Program-made: the position numbers and the translations under genes
NCBI GenBank assembly: GCA_905372515.1
Contig: CAJPPJ010000002.1
Coordinates: forward strand, 1 to 41,889
Source: an uncultured Eubacteriales bacterium
GTDB taxonomy: Bacteria; Bacillota_I; Bacilli_A; RF39; UBA660
Length of the DNA: 41,889 nt
Reading direction: 5' to 3'
Part shown: one piece after another, positions 9,404-19,005 of the stretch
Layout: each line of letters begins with the position of its first letter
How positions within the stretch are numbered: position 1 is the stretch's first letter
Notes under the pieces: generated by a model
Database searches by the model: none
Told to the model about the DNA's origin: nothing
What the model saw: the letters and a program-made list of their open reading frames with translations, nothing else

Positions 9404-11917
9404 ATGAAGAGAAATGAAGTAGACAGAACAAAAATTAGCCCTATGATGAGACAATATCTCGAAATAAAAGATGATTATTTAGATGCTATAGTATTTTATA
9501 GACTAGGTGACTTTTATGAGATGTTTTTTGAAGATGCTTTAATTGGTTCCAAGGAATTAGAGCTTGCTCTTACTGGAAGAGATGCTTCTCTTGAAGAAAG
9601 AGTACCAATGTGTGGTGTACCTGCTAAAGCATATAGTGTATATGTAGAAAAACTTGTAGATAAAGGTTATAAAGTAGCAATATGTGAACAATTAGAAGAT
9701 CCTAAAACTACAAAAGGTATGGTTAAAAGAGGAGTTATTCAGGTTGTTACTAAAGGAACTATACTTGATAATTTTATAGATTCTAAAACATCTAATTATA
9801 TTGCTAATATATATGCTTTTTCATATTGTTATGGAATATCTTATACTGATATAACAACAGGGTATTTTTATGCTTTTATTATTGATAAAGATGTAGAAAA
9901 AACAATTTTAAAAGAAAATATTAAAGAAGTAATAGTAACTAGTAATACTAGTAAAGAAATAGTTAATAATTTAAGAAATAATAATGTATTAGTAACAATA
10001 AGTGATGATATAGATACAAATAAAGAATATAGTTATTTATATAAAGACTTAGAAGATGAAAGATTAAAGATTGCTTCTCAACATCTACTTTCTTACTTAG
10101 AATATGTAAAAAAGGGAGATTTAAAACACTTACAAAAAATAATAAGTTTAAAATCCAATAACTTTTTAGAATTAGATGATAATACAGTTAGAAATTTAGA
10201 ATTAATTAAAACTTTAAGAACAAAGGAGAGAAGAAATTCTTTATTAGGTTTTATTGATAAAACAGAAACTGCAATGGGATCTAGAACATTAGAATATAAT
10301 TTACTTCATCCTTTAAGAGATAAAGAAGAAATAATGAAAAGATATGATAAAGTTGAAAAACTTTTAACAGAATTTATTATATCTAGTGAATTAAAAGAAA
10401 CTTTAAATAATATTTATGATTTAGAAAGAATAGTTTCAAGAATTTCTTATGGTAATTTAAGTGGTAAAGATTTATTACAATTAAAAAATAGTATATATTA
10501 TTTAAAAGATTTAAAAAAAATCGTAAAAGATTTAAATTTTGATTATGAAATAGATACTTTAGATGATTTATATAATTTATTAGAAAGTTCTATTAATGAA
10601 GATATACCAATTATTTTAAATGAAGGTAATCTAATTAAAAGTGGTTATTCTAAAGAATTAGATAGTTTAAGAGAGATAAAAAATAATTCTAAAAAATATA
10701 TACTTGAACTTGAGAAACAAGAAAAAGAAAAGACAGGTATAAAAACTTTAAAAATATCTTACAACAAAGTTTTTGGTTATTATATTGAAATAACTAAAGC
10801 TAGTTTAAAAGATGTTAAATTAGAAGGTTATATAAGAAAACAAACATTATTTAATTCAGAAAGATTTATTACAGAAGAGTTAAAAGAAAAAGAAGATATA
10901 ATATTAAATGCTTCTTTAAAAATAAATGCTTTAGAATATGAATTATTTACTGAAGTAAAAGAAAAAGTTAAAACTTATCTACAAATAATACAAAAAAATG
11001 CTAAAAATATAGCAGAAATAGATATGTTGTTATCTTTTTCAATAATAAGTAGTAAGCATTCTTTAGTAAGACCTAAGATAAATGAAGAAAATATAGTTGA
11101 TATAGAAGCTGGACGTCACTTAATAGTAGAAAGTGTTACTAGTAATTATGTAGACAATTCTATTAAAATGAAAGAAGATACATCTATTCTTTTAATAACA
11201 GGACCAAATATGGCTGGTAAAAGTACTTATATGAGAGAATTGGCACTTATTGTAATAATGGCTCAAATGGGATGTTTTGTACCTGCTAAGAGTGCCAATA
11301 TTATGCTTTTTGATAAAATATTTACAAGAATAGGTGCAAGTGATGATTTAATATCGGGAGATTCTACATTTATGATTGAAATGAAAGAAGCTAGTTTCGC
11401 TTTATCTTCTGCTACTAAAAATTCTTTAATTTTATTTGATGAATTAGGAAGAGGAACAGCAACATACGATGGAATGTCACTTGCTCAAGCTATGCTTGAA
11501 TATATTCATAACGAAATAGGATGTAAGACACTGTTTTCTACTCATTATCATGAACTTACTAATTTAGCAAAAGATTTAAAACACTTGAAAAATGTTCATG
11601 TTAAAGCTATAGTTGAAGATAAGACAATAATATTTTTACATAAGATAGAAAATGGTAGTGTAGATAAAAGTTATGGTGTTAATGTAGCTCATTTAGCAGG
11701 AGTTAATAAAGAGATAGTAGATAGAGCTAGTGAAATACTTAAAAGCTATGAAAAAAAGAAGAATACTAAAGAAATAATTCAAGATTCATTTGTTTTTGAA
11801 GAAGAACAAGAAACTAATAAAAGATTAGAAACTTTAAAAGAAATGGATTTAAATGCTATGACACCACTTGAAGCACTTAATTTTTTATATGAATTGAAAA
11901 AAGATATGGAAGGGTAA
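9404..11917 (+). CDS. mutS: DNA mismatch repair protein MutS (MutS1 type)
   Basis: 837 aa. Mismatch-binding N-terminus TPMMRQYLEIK...GDFYEMFFEDA, Walker A GPNMAGKSTYMR, and STHYHEL. Confidence 0.97.
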   Translation: MKRNEVDRTKISPMMRQYLEIKDDYLDAIVFYRLGDFYEMFFEDALIGSKELELALTGRDASLEERVPMCGVPAKAYSVYVEKLVDKGYKVAICEQLEDPKTTKGMVKRGVIQVVTKGTILDNFIDSKTSNYIANIYAFSYCYGISYTDITTGYFYAFIIDKDVEKTILKENIKEVIVTSNTSKEIVNNLRNNNVLVTISDDIDTNKEYSYLYKDLEDERLKIASQHLLSYLEYVKKGDLKHLQKIISLKSNNFLELDDNTVRNLELIKTLRTKERRNSLLGFIDKTETAMGSRTLEYNLLHPLRDKEEIMKRYDKVEKLLTEFIISSELKETLNNIYDLERIVSRISYGNLSGKDLLQLKNSIYYLKDLKKIVKDLNFDYEIDTLDDLYNLLESSINEDIPIILNEGNLIKSGYSKELDSLREIKNNSKKYILELEKQEKEKTGIKTLKISYNKVFGYYIEITKASLKDVKLEGYIRKQTLFNSERFITEELKEKEDIILNASLKINALEYELFTEVKEKVKTYLQIIQKNAKNIAEIDMLLSFSIISSKHSLVRPKINEENIVDIEAGRHLIVESVTSNYVDNSIKMKEDTSILLITGPNMAGKSTYMRELALIVIMAQMGCFVPAKSANIMLFDKIFTRIGASDDLISGDSTFMIEMKEASFALSSATKNSLILFDELGRGTATYDGMSLAQAMLEYIHNEIGCKTLFSTHYHELTNLAKDLKHLKNVHVKAIVEDKTIIFLHKIENGSVDKSYGVNVAHLAGVNKEIVDRASEILKSYEKKKNTKEIIQDSFVFEEEQETNKRLETLKEMDLNAMTPLEALNFLYELKKDMEG

Positions 11918-11918
11918 A

Positions 11919-13256
11919 ATGAAATTAAAAGATATATATGAAAATATAGAAAATCCAGTTGATGATAATACTATAAGATATCTATATGATAATTATGGTT
12001 ATATGAATACTTATGATTTAGTAATAGGACGTTCTACTAAACCTAATACTCTTTATGATAAGAGACAAAAAGATGATTATAATAAGTTATTATTTGAAAA
12101 ATGGAAAGAAAGTATTTTAAATTTAACTGAAGAAAGAAGAAGAGAATTAAAAAATAGATATAATTATAAAGATATTGATAGAATAACTTCAATTTTATCT
12201 TCCCCTTTATTAAATAATTATAGACTTGATACATCTGAAGGTATATATAGATTTTTGGTGTCAGAAAAGTTAGATATGGCTTACTTTTGTTTACCAGAAA
12301 ATATACTAGATGATAAATTTAAACATACAGTAAGTGAAAAAATTGATATAAGTAAAGATGAATATTATGCTACTCATCATGTTAATCATAGATTATATGT
12401 AAATATTGATAATGATAATCTATATAAATTTACAAAAGAATTAGTAGAAAAATTAGATGAAAAAAATTTGCCATTCTACTTTAAAATGGAAGATACAAGT
12501 AATAGAAAAGATGGATTTGTTTTATATTCTGACACTAGAAATTTAATTAAATATATGGAATGTTTAGATGAAGTGTTTGAAAAAAATAAAGATTTAAGAG
12601 ATAGTATTCATTCTCCACTTATGTTCGCAGGTAAGATAAGTCCATATTATTCTATTGGAGATGAACCTATACAAAATACTAATTTGTATTCATTTAATAC
12701 TTTAAGATCTACTTGTGTAGATAATGCTATGAATAATACTATAAGAAGATGGATGTATGAAAATCAAAACATTAAATTAAAAAGAAAAGGTCAAGTAATA
12801 GGATTTAAAGATTATTTAACAGATAAAGTGATAGATATGTTAATAGATGATATTTATAATAACAATCGTAAATATAAAAATTATTATAATTTAGATGAAG
12901 ATGTATTTCTTGCTAAAAATTTACCAAATTTTAAAGAATCTTTACGATTAAGTGTTGATGATTATGTCAATGGTAAAAATTCAGATTTAGTTAAGGTATA
13001 TGAAAAGAAAGAATTAAATCCTAAAAAATATGAAAGTCCTAGATTTTTAGGGGCAATATCACCATTAATTATTGATGTGTTAATAAAAAAAGAACTTGGT
13101 AATAAAATAATTCATAATTTTGCAGATTGTAGTGGATATTTTAAATATTATTTACAAGAACAATTAAAAGCTAATAATATTGATATAGAAAAACCATGTT
13201 TTAATACAGATACAAAAGAAAAATTTGAAAATACAATTTATAGAAGAGGAAGATAA
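11919..13256 (+). CDS. hypothetical protein, translationally coupled to mutS (possible HopA1-like family fold; not MutL)
   Basis: The ATG lies 1 nt after the mutS stop. The 445-aa ORF has typical codon usage. The central pattern RLYVNI...PFYFKM....RKDGFVLYSD...SIGDEP....YSFN.LRS is reminiscent (from memory) of the Pfam 'T3SS effector HopA1' family. I saw no GHKL or MutL endonuclease motifs. Confidence 0.7.
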   Translation: MKLKDIYENIENPVDDNTIRYLYDNYGYMNTYDLVIGRSTKPNTLYDKRQKDDYNKLLFEKWKESILNLTEERRRELKNRYNYKDIDRITSILSSPLLNNYRLDTSEGIYRFLVSEKLDMAYFCLPENILDDKFKHTVSEKIDISKDEYYATHHVNHRLYVNIDNDNLYKFTKELVEKLDEKNLPFYFKMEDTSNRKDGFVLYSDTRNLIKYMECLDEVFEKNKDLRDSIHSPLMFAGKISPYYSIGDEPIQNTNLYSFNTLRSTCVDNAMNNTIRRWMYENQNIKLKRKGQVIGFKDYLTDKVIDMLIDDIYNNNRKYKNYYNLDEDVFLAKNLPNFKESLRLSVDDYVNGKNSDLVKVYEKKELNPKKYESPRFLGAISPLIIDVLIKKELGNKIIHNFADCSGYFKYYLQEQLKANNIDIEKPCFNTDTKEKFENTIYRRGR

Positions 13257-13279
13257 TAAAAATATTATCTTTCTTTTTT
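13250..13279 (+). terminator. rho-independent terminator
   Basis: AAGATAAT-AAAAAT-ATTATCTT hairpin overlapping the stop codon, followed by TCTTTTTTG. Confidence 0.55.
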
Positions 13280-13363
13280 GTAAAATTATGACAAATTATC
13301 TTATCTTATTTTATTTTTAGTTTCATTTTTTATTATACTTAAATTAATTGAGAGGAAAGTATA

Positions 13364-14041
13364 ATGAAAACATTTGATGAAATAAAAAATGAAATTACAA
13401 AGCATAGATTAGAAGGAATAGAAAGATTTCAAGAACAGTTAGTTGATCCTAAAAATCAAGCTGATGAAGAAGTTAAAAATACTGCAAAAAACTATATTCA
13501 ATATTGTAAAAGAGACTTAGATAATATTGATGAGTTAACAACTATGAAGATAGCTAGAAATGTTAATGATTTAATTAAAGATATACAATATGGTTTTTAT
13601 CAAGATATGGATAAATATTTTAAATCTTTTGATGATTTTGTAGATGATTGGGTAATAAACACACCGCCTTTAATGAATGAAAAACAATCATTTCCAAATC
13701 ATTATAGTACATCATTTTATGATTTAGGAATGACAAAAGATGATTTAGAATGTCTTAGAGGAACAAATCCAGATACTATAGATTTTGGAGATAAACTACG
13801 TCAAAAAGCTAATGATTTTTATGGTATTAATATACCAATGGGTAGAGAAGTAAAACAAGCTAAAAAAGAATTAGATGAAATAAGAGATGTTGATTCTATT
13901 GAATATGCTCAGGCTTTTGTAAATTTAAAAGAAAAAGAAAGAGATGCAGGAGAATTTTGGAAGGGTGGAGTAGGAATTGTAATAATATCTGATATTCCAC
14001 AATATCAAGATGCTAAAAAACGTACTGCTAAAAGTAGATAA
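13364..14041 (+). CDS. hypothetical protein (225 aa, acidic, no TM)
   Basis: Clean ORF with RBS GAGAGGAAAG. I recognise no motif. Confidence 0.65.
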   Translation: MKTFDEIKNEITKHRLEGIERFQEQLVDPKNQADEEVKNTAKNYIQYCKRDLDNIDELTTMKIARNVNDLIKDIQYGFYQDMDKYFKSFDDFVDDWVINTPPLMNEKQSFPNHYSTSFYDLGMTKDDLECLRGTNPDTIDFGDKLRQKANDFYGINIPMGREVKQAKKELDEIRDVDSIEYAQAFVNLKEKERDAGEFWKGGVGIVIISDIPQYQDAKKRTAKSR

Positions 14042-14055
14042 GTTTAAAACATGAG

Positions 14056-14086
14056 AAAAAAGTGTTAATTAGTAACACTTTTTTTA
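14056..14086 (+). terminator. rho-independent terminator
   Basis: AAAAAGTGTTA-ATTAG-TAACACTTTTT hairpin with a T run. Confidence 0.65.
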
Positions 14087-14097
14087 ATTTTTATAAG

Positions 14098-14106
14098 TGC
14101 TATAAT
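14098..14106 (+). promoter_or_regulatory. candidate extended -10 promoter element (TGcTATAAT) only 6 nt upstream of ATG 14113
   Basis: TGCTATAAT is followed by AAAAAT then ATG. No Shine-Dalgarno lies in between, so a leaderless or near-leaderless mRNA is possible. Confidence 0.3.
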
Positions 14107-14112
14107 AAAAAT

Positions 14113-16532
14113 ATGAGAACATTTAAGAAAATAGGTATTTTAATTTTTGTATTATTAATAGTATTAACATCTAGTATTTTTATATTTACTAAGAATAGTA
14201 ATATAAAAAAGGAACAAAAGAAAAAGGAATTTAATTATAATTTGACATGGGAACAACTCTTCGGAGATCCTACTTATAGACAAATGATTTTATATCAAAT
14301 TCTCATACCGAAAAGTTCTTATGAATATAATTTACGAGATGTTAGGGGAAACCATGTTATCACTAATGCTACAATAGCTGCTATAGCTACAAAAGAAAAA
14401 CAAAAGATAACAGAAGCAGAACTTGCTTCAGTTACTGAACTTTTTCCATTAACTCCAGAAAATGAAAAGAATAATCCTAATTATATTCCAACAGGTGTTA
14501 AGAGTGCAAAAGCATTTGATCATGTTTTTTTGCATCTCCCTTTTATTATAATTGTTACTTGTATAATTTAACTAGTATTGAAGTTAATACTGATAAATTT
14601 ACTAGAGAGTTATATCATGAGTATCAAGATAACTACATAAATAATTATCCAAAATGTTTAAATTTAAGAAAATTAAAAATAAATAATTATGGTTCAACAT
14701 TACTTGAGTTAGGAAGAAATAGTTTAGTAGAAGATTTTGAAATAATTAATCATAAAAATGATTATACTACATCTTTAGTTATTGATAATAATACTGGTTA
14801 TTTTAAATACGAAAATGTAAAATCCATAAAAGGAAAAGGAAACTTTACGTTATATACTCATTATGGAACATCAGATCATCATGGTTTTGGTTATCATACT
14901 AATATGAAATTAGAAAAATTTATTATTGATGGAACAACAGATGATGTAGTAACTGCTAAAGAAACAGTAGCTAAAACAACTGAAACTGAGATAAGAGTTT
15001 ATCAAGCTAAAAATCCATGTAAATATACTTTATCAGGAGATAATTTAACAAAAGTAGAATTTGGTGATTCAAAAACTGAAATATGTCCAGAAAAGAGTTT
15101 TATAAAGCTAAGAGATGTTCCTAAACTAAAAAATGTAGAAATAACTTCATATGCAGAGTTTGATCAATTTGATTATGAAAATAATCAAATTAATTATGCA
15201 AAAATATCTGATAATCGAAAATATAGTGATAGAACTATTAATTTAAGAAATAATCCTGTAAAAGAAATTCGTTTTGAATATTCTACTTCTTCAAACAGAA
15301 TAACAAAATTATTTAAAGAATTAAGTTTAACTGTTGGAGAAGGTGAAGAAATTAAATTTTCTCATTCAACATATGGAATTAAAAAAACTTCTGTTATAGT
15401 AGATAGTTCTAGTAAAGAAGAGTATACACCAGAAGAAGTAAATAATTTAACTCCTAAAAGTTTAAATGATGTTAATGGAGTCTTTTTAAGTAAAAATTAT
15501 GCTGGTAATGATAAAGGATATTTATTTTCTACTTTAGGTATGAAGACATTAAAGGTATTAGAATTAGATTCTAATGATAACAAATATAAAGTTAGTGGAA
15601 TTATGAAAGTAGAAGTTTTAAAGACATCTATGGCATCTAAATTTGTTCCTCAATATATACCTAGTTATCCTAAAAAATTTGTTTATGAAAATGAAGAAAG
15701 AGATTTATGTATAACAAAATCAGTAAGTGATCTTCCAATTATTAACAAAGATGATATAGTTTCAGTAGAAGAATGTGTTAAACCTAAAAAAGGATTACAA
15801 ACTGATGGTTATAGAAAAGTTGCATTTAAAGATAAAAGTGTAAAATATCTTCCATTAGAATATTACGGATATAAATATGTAACTAAAAAAATTGATTGTA
15901 AAGATTTATATTCTAAGAATGAATCTTATATTTATGGAAATAATAATAAAGTATTTTTAAGAAAGTATAAGAAAATATATCAAAGCGAATGTATACATAA
16001 TAATGAAGATTATACATGTACAGCAATGTATGAAGATAATTGTGATAATTATAAGTTAGAAAATACTTTATTAGATAGTAAAAACTATCAAAAGATTATT
16101 ATGAAAGTAGAAGAAATTGTTCCTTGGGGACATAGTAAAGTAGAAGATAAATTAAAAGAAAATGCAAGTGCAACACCATCAGGAATATTTAATATTCATA
16201 ATCTTGAACCTGGTAAAACAGTTATGGATAGTGGAGACTATTTATATAATGAAACAACTCAAACAGTTACAAAAAATTTAGATTGGAAAAAAGATGAAGA
16301 TAAAAGAGTTATTTCATATGTTAGTTATGAAGATGAAACAAGAACTAAAGAAAAAGAAAGATTTGTTGTAACAACTATTTTAAGAGATACAGATAATGAT
16401 GGAATACCAGATGAAATAGATGAAGATGATGATAATGATGGAATAAGTGATGTTCAAGAAGCAATAGATGGAACAAATCCAAAAGATAAAAATAGTTATA
16501 AAGTAAAGATTTGCTATAAAATAACTGGATAG
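14113..16532 (+). pseudogene. internalin-cap/TSP3-motif surface protein interrupted by a frameshift in a T7 tract (14525-14531); paralogue of 4119..6977
   Basis: Two ORFs (14062..14571 and 14559..16532) overlap in different frames. The upstream part has a signal peptide (MRTFKKIGILIFVLLIVLTSS) and the cap motif NYNLTWEQLFGDPTYRQMIL, similar to NYDVTYEQAFPDPNLRRGII of the LRR protein. The downstream part has no credible start (TTG, no RBS) and ends with DTDNDGIPDEIDEDDDNDGISD. One extra T in the T7 run gives ...AFDHVFFASPFYYNCYLYNLTSIEV. Confidence 0.65.
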
Positions 16533-16609
16533 TAAATCTTTTTTTGATTTTTAATTTTTAAGGTATATAATGAAATTGTAGAAACAATTAGGATTGGAGA
16601 AAAAGATTT

Positions 16610-18121
16610 ATGGAAAAGAAAAATAATATAGTTAAAATACTTATATTTACAGGAATAGGTTTAGTAGCACTTTTAGGAATAACTTTTTTAATGTCAAAAG
16701 TGTTATTTAAAACTAATAATAGTGGTACAAATAACAGTAATGCATTTTTTGTAAGAAATTCAAAAATTAGTAAATATGCTATTTATAAAAAAGATGGAAG
16801 TAAAATAACAGATTTTATATATAAAAATACAAGTAATTTTATAAACGGATATGCAGTAGTTACTTATTCTGATAATAAAAAAGCTATAGTAGATGAAAAT
16901 GGAAAAGAAGTGATAAAAAAAGGTGAATATGACTACATTTTCTATAGTGGAGGAAATTACTTACTTGTATCAACAAACAAACAAGTTAGTAAGTTATTAA
17001 ATTATAAATTAAATGTTATTAAAGAAAATAAAGATTTATCTATGCTTACAATAAATACTAAAAGATTCTCTGTTGTAACTGATAAAAAGAAAATTTATGT
17101 ATATTCTTTTACTGGAAAATTAATGTATGAACTAGAATATAAAGGATATACAACTTCTTCAAATATTTATTCAATTGAAAGTAGTGTAGATGAAGTAGCA
17201 TCTTTCTATTATGATAAGAAAAATTATGTATTTGATACAAAGCAAGAAAAATTTGTTATATCAGTAAATACTGATACTAAATATGGTGCTTCTCTTACAG
17301 ATGTTAAAAATCGTAATTCATATGTAGTTTATGGAGATAAAGACTATATAGTTGTGAATAATAAAGTAGTAGCAGAAAAAGAAAAAGGATCTATTAGAGT
17401 AGAAAAATACAATATATTTTATAATGGTAAAGTTATATTAAAGAAAAATGGAGATCTTGGTATAGAATTCGATAAAGATTCTAAAATTACATATAATAGT
17501 GTAGATAGTTATTTAAAAGAAATAAAAGATACTAAAAAAATAGAAGTATATCAAGATGGTAAATTAATAACAACAATAGATGGAATATTAACTAGATCAG
17601 GAATTTCTAGTGGATATTCTTCAGATCCATATTATGTAATAAGAAATAAAGATAAATATTTATTAGTTGATAAAAGTGGTAAAATTTTAATGTCTCATGA
17701 CTTTATATTAGATGTAAATATAAAAGTTAATTCTATTAAAGTAAAAGATGGTAAACAATATTATTATGTAGATTTAAATAATAAAGAACTTAGTCCTAAA
17801 TCAGATGAAGATAATATGGTTAGATTAGGAGAAAAATACTACTATAAAAAAGATAATAAACTTATTGAATGTAAAACAGAAAAAGAACTAGATTATAAGT
17901 ATTATATACAAAATTCTTTTATTAAAGGTACTGATGCTGACATATATATAATATTACGTAATAAAGAAGCTACTAAATATGCTTTATTTAATACAAAAAC
18001 AGCTAAGATAGTAGGAGAATATACAAAATTTGTTTCTTTATATAAAGATTATTATATAGTAGGAGGTAAATATTACTCTTATATCAATAACAAAGTTTTT
18101 TATGACGATAATAATAAATAA
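16610..18121 (+). CDS. membrane-anchored WG-repeat (KWG-type) protein
   Basis: N-terminal TM helix (ILIFTGIGLVALLGITFLM). Repeated units are of the type F.NGYAVV...NKKAIVDENGKEVIK and KYLLVDKSGKILM. Confidence 0.65.
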   Translation: MEKKNNIVKILIFTGIGLVALLGITFLMSKVLFKTNNSGTNNSNAFFVRNSKISKYAIYKKDGSKITDFIYKNTSNFINGYAVVTYSDNKKAIVDENGKEVIKKGEYDYIFYSGGNYLLVSTNKQVSKLLNYKLNVIKENKDLSMLTINTKRFSVVTDKKKIYVYSFTGKLMYELEYKGYTTSSNIYSIESSVDEVASFYYDKKNYVFDTKQEKFVISVNTDTKYGASLTDVKNRNSYVVYGDKDYIVVNNKVVAEKEKGSIRVEKYNIFYNGKVILKKNGDLGIEFDKDSKITYNSVDSYLKEIKDTKKIEVYQDGKLITTIDGILTRSGISSGYSSDPYYVIRNKDKYLLVDKSGKILMSHDFILDVNIKVNSIKVKDGKQYYYVDLNNKELSPKSDEDNMVRLGEKYYYKKDNKLIECKTEKELDYKYYIQNSFIKGTDADIYIILRNKEATKYALFNTKTAKIVGEYTKFVSLYKDYYIVGGKYYSYINNKVFYDDNNK

Positions 18122-18129
18122 TATAAAAG

Positions 18130-18161
18130 ATTACTATACATAATGTATAGTAATTTTTTTT
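18130..18161 (+). terminator. rho-independent terminator
   Basis: ATTACTATACA-TAA-TGTATAGTAAT perfect 11-bp stem followed by T8. Confidence 0.7.
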
Positions 18162-18224
18162 ATGATATTTGACAAAATGAGAAGTTCTAATATAAAATAT
18201 ATATCACTTGGAAAAGAGGTAATA

Positions 18225-18917
18225 ATGACAAATATATTTACGAGTGATCAAGCTATTAAAGCAGCAGAAGGTGATCCCTCCGTTATTTTTGAACTAATTA
18301 GAGCTGATAATGATGAGTTATTAAATTATATGTTAGAAGAAGATTTAATAGATGTTAATCTTGTAGCTAGCAATAAAGATAGTTTAGCAATTAAACTATT
18401 AAAATCTTTTAAATATGATTTGGTTTTAAAAGTAATAAAGAATAAAAATTGGGATATTAATTATCAAAATGAAGATAAAGAAAGTTTTGGACATATACTT
18501 GCTAAAATAAATAATGTAGCAGTAGTACCATTATTTAAAGAATTAAAGAAAAATAAGTATTTTGATATTAATTTACGTAACAAAGATAATAAAACTATTT
18601 TTGATATTAGTGTAGAAAATCATAATTCTTATATATCTACTAAGATTATTGAAGATGAAAGATTTAACAATATTGATATATTTGAATTTTTAAAATTCTA
18701 CGAAACTTATATGAATACTAATGAATATGGAAAATATTCTAAAATCAATATGATAGATAGTATTTTAACAATGGATGGAAGATATGTTAGTACAAGAATG
18801 CAAGAGTTACTTAATCATTTGAAAGACAATGTTAAAAATATTAAAAAAGATATTGAAAAAGATGACTATAATTTATTGAAATCTATTATTAAAGAATGTG
18901 TATACCAATATATTTAA
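18225..18917 (+). CDS. hypothetical protein with ankyrin-repeat-like periodicity
   Basis: I prefer ATG 18225 (RBS AAGAGG) to the ORF-track start at 18162, which lies inside the terminator T run. Repeats of the type DIN(Y/L).N.D..(S/T)....(L/I) occur about every 33 aa. This is a weak call. Confidence 0.45.
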   Translation: MTNIFTSDQAIKAAEGDPSVIFELIRADNDELLNYMLEEDLIDVNLVASNKDSLAIKLLKSFKYDLVLKVIKNKNWDINYQNEDKESFGHILAKINNVAVVPLFKELKKNKYFDINLRNKDNKTIFDISVENHNSYISTKIIEDERFNNIDIFEFLKFYETYMNTNEYGKYSKINMIDSILTMDGRYVSTRMQELLNHLKDNVKNIKKDIEKDDYNLLKSIIKECVYQYI

Positions 18918-18962
18918 AAATTCTAGTCAATAATGAAAAATTATGGTAAAATATGAAAAGAA

Positions 18963-18996
18963 CAAGTGGGAATTAAAAATCCCACTTGCTTTATTT
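18963..18996 (+). terminator. stem-loop plus T-rich tail upstream of rimP (terminator of the previous gene or leader attenuator)
   Basis: CAAGTGGGA-ATTAAAAA-TCCCACTTG 9-bp stem followed by CTTTATTT. GGAGGAG and ATG 19006 follow immediately. Confidence 0.5.
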
Positions 18997-19005
18997 GGAG
19001 GAGAA

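Noticed and set aside
14062-14112. N-terminal extensions proposed by the ORF track: GTG 14062, ATG 18162, ATG 18943, ATG 40724 and GTG 20598.
   Set aside because: Each extension runs through a terminator hairpin, T run or promoter-like AT-rich DNA and lacks an RBS. Downstream ATGs with good SD sequences give sensible signal peptides or conserved N-termini.
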